This document shows, in pieces, positions 60,874-64,000 of a DNA stretch of 64,000 bases. Source of the DNA: Candidatus Marinacidobacterales bacterium (GTDB taxonomy: Bacteria; Acidobacteriota; Vicinamibacteria; Marinacidobacterales; SMYC01); assembly GCA_965237955.1 (NCBI GenBank), contig OZ250169.1:6176001-6240000 (forward strand). The letters are read 5' to 3'. Numbering within the stretch: position 1 is the first letter of the stretch; each line of letters starts with the position of its first letter. The notes beneath the pieces were generated by a model. The model searched no databases and had not been told where the DNA came from. It saw nothing but the letters and a program-made list of their open reading frames with translations. Both the position numbers and the translations under genes were made by a program.

Positions 60874-62583
60874 TCACCTCCGAGGTCTCAAAGCAGCAAG
60901 GGCTTGGTCCAATTCTCTAACGTGCAGTAGCTTACACCCGGCAACGAAGACCGCGAACCCGACGACAATCGCGCTTCCGACTTGCAACAGCCGCGCCCAC
61001 ACAATCTCGTGTCCGTACGAGCCGTCGAGTAGCCGAAAGGTCGCAAACGCGAACGCGCCCATGAGAAGCGACACGGCAAGAGTCTTCACCAACGTTACCA
61101 ACGTGCGTCCGCCGTCGAGACGGCCGACTTCGCTTCGCTGACGCAACAACAACCACAGCCAAACGAAGGAAATCGTCATCGTCGTCGACGTCGCGAGCGC
61201 GAGGCCGCGGTGGTCCATCCCGAGACGTACCACGAACAGCCAGTTCAGCCCGGCATTCGCTACGACGCTCACGACACTCACTATGAGCGGCGCGCGAATA
61301 TCCTGGAGCGCATAGAAACCGTCGGTCACTATCTTCAACGCCGCGAAGCTCAAGAGCCCAACCGCGTAACACCGCAGTGCACCCGCCACCTGCACGGTAT
61401 CCTCGGGCCCGAACCGACCCTGTTCGAAGATCAGACGGACGATCGGCGGCGCAAGAACGAGAAGCCCGATGGTCGCAGGCACCGTGAACACGATCACGAG
61501 TCGCGTCGCCAGGGAGAACGTCTCTCGAAAGCGATCCCCATCGGCTTTGGCCGCGGCACGACTCAGCGCCGGGAGGGTGGCCACGGATACAGCGACGGCG
61601 ATCAGCCCGAGCGGAAGATGAAGAATTCGAAACGCCTGCATGATCCACGTGACCCAGCCTTCGCCCCTCGACGCGAAGAACGAGTTCACGAGCAAGTTCA
61701 CTTGGACGGTCGATGCGATGAGCGCTCCGGGCCCGAACAACCGCATCACCTTCACCAGCCAGGGATCTCGGAACGAGAACACAGGCCGGTATCGATAGCC
61801 CAGACGGAACAGCGACGGAAGCTGCCACAGGAGTTGGAGCGCGCCTCCCGCGAGCACCCCGACCGCCATCCCCACGGTCGGGTGCTGTCCATAGCGAGGC
61901 GCGAGGAAGTAGCCGGTGACTCCGACGACGATCGAGCCGATGTTGAAAAACGACGACGCCAGCGCCGGGATCAGAAAGCGACCCCGTGCATTGAGGACTC
62001 CCATGACGAGCGCCGCGAGACTGACGAAGAAGATGAACGGGAACATGATCTGCGTCAGTCGCACCGTCAGCTCGCGTTTCGTCGCGAAGCCGAAGCTCTC
62101 GCCGGGAGGGAGGGGTGTGTCGAACCCGGCGCCCGGGAAAACCAAAGCGACGATGACGTCCGCGTAGATCACACCGGTCAACGTGAACACGCCTACGACG
62201 AGAATCAACGCGCTGAGCACGAGGTTGACGAGACGAAGCGCGGCCTCGTTCCCCTCCTTCTCCTGTATCTCCGAGAACGTCGACACGAACGCTTTGCTCA
62301 GGGCCCCTTCACCGAACATGTCGCGAAGAAGATTGGGGATGCGAAACGCCGCGTAGTACGCGTCGAGGCCGATTCTCGCCGAGAACAGATACGCGAGGAC
62401 TTGCTCGCGCACGAGCCCGAGTATTCGCGAGACCATGACGCCGACGCTGACGGTGCCGGCGGAACGTGTGAGCGCCCGGCTCGCATCGTCGTGTCCATTG
62501 GGCGAGCCGTTTTCTTCGGGGATGCGTTGGCTTCCCAACGGCGCGCTCTCCATCTCGGAGGAGGGGGAAGCCATGAAGCCCAT
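60874..62583 (-). CDS. murJ: Lipid II flippase MurJ
   Basis: SRILGLVRE, DAYYAAFRIPNLLRDMFGEGALS, LFEQGRF, FYALQD, GLALATS. Confidence 0.95.
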   Translation of the reverse strand: MGFMASPSSEMESAPLGSQRIPEENGSPNGHDDASRALTRSAGTVSVGVMVSRILGLVREQVLAYLFSARIGLDAYYAAFRIPNLLRDMFGEGALSKAFVSTFSEIQEKEGNEAALRLVNLVLSALILVVGVFTLTGVIYADVIVALVFPGAGFDTPLPPGESFGFATKRELTVRLTQIMFPFIFFVSLAALVMGVLNARGRFLIPALASSFFNIGSIVVGVTGYFLAPRYGQHPTVGMAVGVLAGGALQLLWQLPSLFRLGYRYRPVFSFRDPWLVKVMRLFGPGALIASTVQVNLLVNSFFASRGEGWVTWIMQAFRILHLPLGLIAVAVSVATLPALSRAAAKADGDRFRETFSLATRLVIVFTVPATIGLLVLAPPIVRLIFEQGRFGPEDTVQVAGALRCYAVGLLSFAALKIVTDGFYALQDIRAPLIVSVVSVVANAGLNWLFVVRLGMDHRGLALATSTTMTISFVWLWLLLRQRSEVGRLDGGRTLVTLVKTLAVSLLMGAFAFATFRLLDGSYGHEIVWARLLQVGSAIVVGFAVFVAGCKLLHVRELDQALAALRPRR

Positions 62584-62626
62584 GATATTACATTTCGTGG
62601 TATGTTTTTCGTCGACGCTTCCCGCT

Positions 62627-63172
62627 ATGCGAGCCGATTCCTCTTCGCCGGAACGACTTCCCCTCTATGAGAGCGTACCGCTCGCTCTCGTGTTGTTCGT
62701 GTTTTGGGTTGTTCTCTCCGGCAAGCTCGACCTCTTCCATCTCGCGGCCGGCGCGCTGAGCGCTGCCGGCATCGCGTACTTGAGCTGTCACCTCTATGCG
62801 GTGACCCCGCCCGTCGGCCCACGAGGCCGGCACCCCTTCTTCACGATGCCATGGCTTCGCCTCGCCCTTTACCTTCCATGGCTCAGTTGGGAAATCGTCG
62901 TGGCGTCGTTTCAAGTCGCGCGCATCGTTCTGAGTCCGAAGATGAGCGTCACGCCGCTGCTATTTCGGTTTAACCATCAGTTGCCTCACAACCTCGCCCG
63001 CGCCACGCTCGCGAACTCGATAACGTTGACACCCGGTACCGTCACTATCGATGTTCGGGGCGACGAATTTCTAGTACACGCTCTGAACGAAAAAGCGGCC
63101 GAGGCGCTTCAGGGGTTGCGTTCCGGCGATATGAAGAGTCGGGTGAGCTCCGTTTTCCGCGGAGACCCGTGA
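62627..63172 (+). CDS. mrpE: Mrp/Mnh Na+/H+ antiporter subunit E
   Basis: FWVVLSG, LANSITLTPGTVTID, LVHAL. Confidence 0.9.
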   Translation: MRADSSSPERLPLYESVPLALVLFVFWVVLSGKLDLFHLAAGALSAAGIAYLSCHLYAVTPPVGPRGRHPFFTMPWLRLALYLPWLSWEIVVASFQVARIVLSPKMSVTPLLFRFNHQLPHNLARATLANSITLTPGTVTIDVRGDEFLVHALNEKAAEALQGLRSGDMKSRVSSVFRGDP

Positions 63173-63175
63173 ACG

Positions 63176-63448
63176 ATGTCTGCTTTTCTCGTCGCTATCA
63201 CCATCGGCATTGCGCTGACGATGCTATTGTCCTTGTATCGGCTGCTCCGTGGACCCAGTCTCTGGGATCGTCTGAGCGGGCTCGGGCTCGTCGGCACCAA
63301 GACGATCGTCCTCTTGCTTCTACTCGGCCGCGTGACCGGGCGCGAGGACATTTTCGTCGACATCACGCTTTCCTACACTCTCATAAGTTTCATCGGAGCG
63401 CTCGCGCTCGCCAAGTACTTCGAGGGGAAGGAGACCGGCCAAACATGA
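63176..63448 (+). CDS. mrpF: Mrp/Mnh antiporter subunit F
   Basis: YRLLRGPSLWDR, VDITLSYTLISFIG..AKY. Confidence 0.88.
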   Translation: MSAFLVAITIGIALTMLLSLYRLLRGPSLWDRLSGLGLVGTKTIVLLLLLGRVTGREDIFVDITLSYTLISFIGALALAKYFEGKETGQT

Positions 63449-63750
63449 CAGCGGTGGCGTATGCGGTACTGGTCTTGGGCTTCTTCTTTGTCTTTACCGG
63501 CGCACTCGGCATTCTTCGTTTCCCCGACTTTTTCACCAGGCTGCACGCGATGGGGAAATCCGACACCCTCGGCGTCGCGCTCATGGCGTTTGGACTGGCG
63601 ATCCTGGAAGGTGCGACCGTCAACGGCGTCAAGATCCTGTTCATCATCTTGTTCGTAGGCTTGGCGAGCCCGACGGCAACCCACGCGCTCGGCCGCGCCG
63701 CCCACCGTGCCGGCCTCGTACCCTGGTCGGCCCCGACGGATTCCGAATGA
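63445..63750 (+). CDS. mrpG: Mrp/Mnh antiporter subunit G
   Basis: GILRFPDFFTRLHA..DTLG, PTATHALGRAA. Confidence 0.9.
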   Translation: MTAVAYAVLVLGFFFVFTGALGILRFPDFFTRLHAMGKSDTLGVALMAFGLAILEGATVNGVKILFIILFVGLASPTATHALGRAAHRAGLVPWSAPTDSE

Positions 63751-63989
63751 TTCCGCCTCTGGTCACTTTGTTTCTGGTGCTCATGGTGGTGTGCGCGGTT
63801 TTTGCGCTGCGAGCGTCGGACCTCCTCGCCGCGGTCGTCATCTTCGGAGCTTTCAGCTTTTTTTCGGCGATTTTCTTCGCGCTACTGGGAGCGCTGGATG
63901 TGGCCTTTACCGAGGCCGCCGTGGGCGCAGCGATCACCACGGTGTTCTTCGTCTCGGCGATCTACCGCACCGACCGAAAGGCGATGTAG
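63747..63989 (+). CDS. DUF4040/MnhB-related antiporter subunit
   Basis: DLLAAV...ALDVAFTEAAVGA. Confidence 0.85.
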   Translation: MIPPLVTLFLVLMVVCAVFALRASDLLAAVVIFGAFSFFSAIFFALLGALDVAFTEAAVGAAITTVFFVSAIYRTDRKAM

Positions 63990-64000
63990 GACCTTGCGTC

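Noticed and set aside
60932-62670. Long alternative-frame ORFs (e.g. 61210..62670, 60932..61828, 8972..10042, 48675..49790)
   Set aside because: Shadow ORFs over well-supported genes, expected in high-GC DNA, with Arg/Pro-rich products and no motifs.

Overview
A GC-rich bacterial chromosomal window. Gene content (many Ser/Thr kinases, TPR/PEGA proteins, MurJ, XerD, Mrp subunits) suggests Acidobacteria such as Vicinamibacteria, but this is inference only. About a dozen genes carry indels or short deletions, so the assembly is probably error-prone. The housekeeping backbone includes mobA, an ECF sigma/anti-sigma pair, cutA, ftsB, rnc, a cysteine desulfurase, hom, tsaC, rhlE, xerD, murJ and mrp E/F/G. 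Main points of interest: (1) a compact three-gene operon of two tandem divergent actin-fold ATPases (MamK/Mad28-like rather than MreB/FtsA; the first has a basic N-terminal tail) followed by a membrane-anchored Amidase_2, a candidate undescribed cytoskeleton/wall-remodelling module; (2) a ~10.4 kb integrase-free island (about 25.95-36.36 kb) bracketed by diverged duplicates of parA and hom sequence, holding an IS200, a kinase/TPR/PEGA cassette and a truncated group II intron that is itself interrupted by a 991-bp element with a 9-bp target duplication; (3) an IS21 inserted in an IS481 transposase with an unusually long 16-bp direct repeat; (4) several families of intergenic inverted repeats and a recurring promoter-region motif. 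No rRNA, tRNA or CRISPR array was seen.
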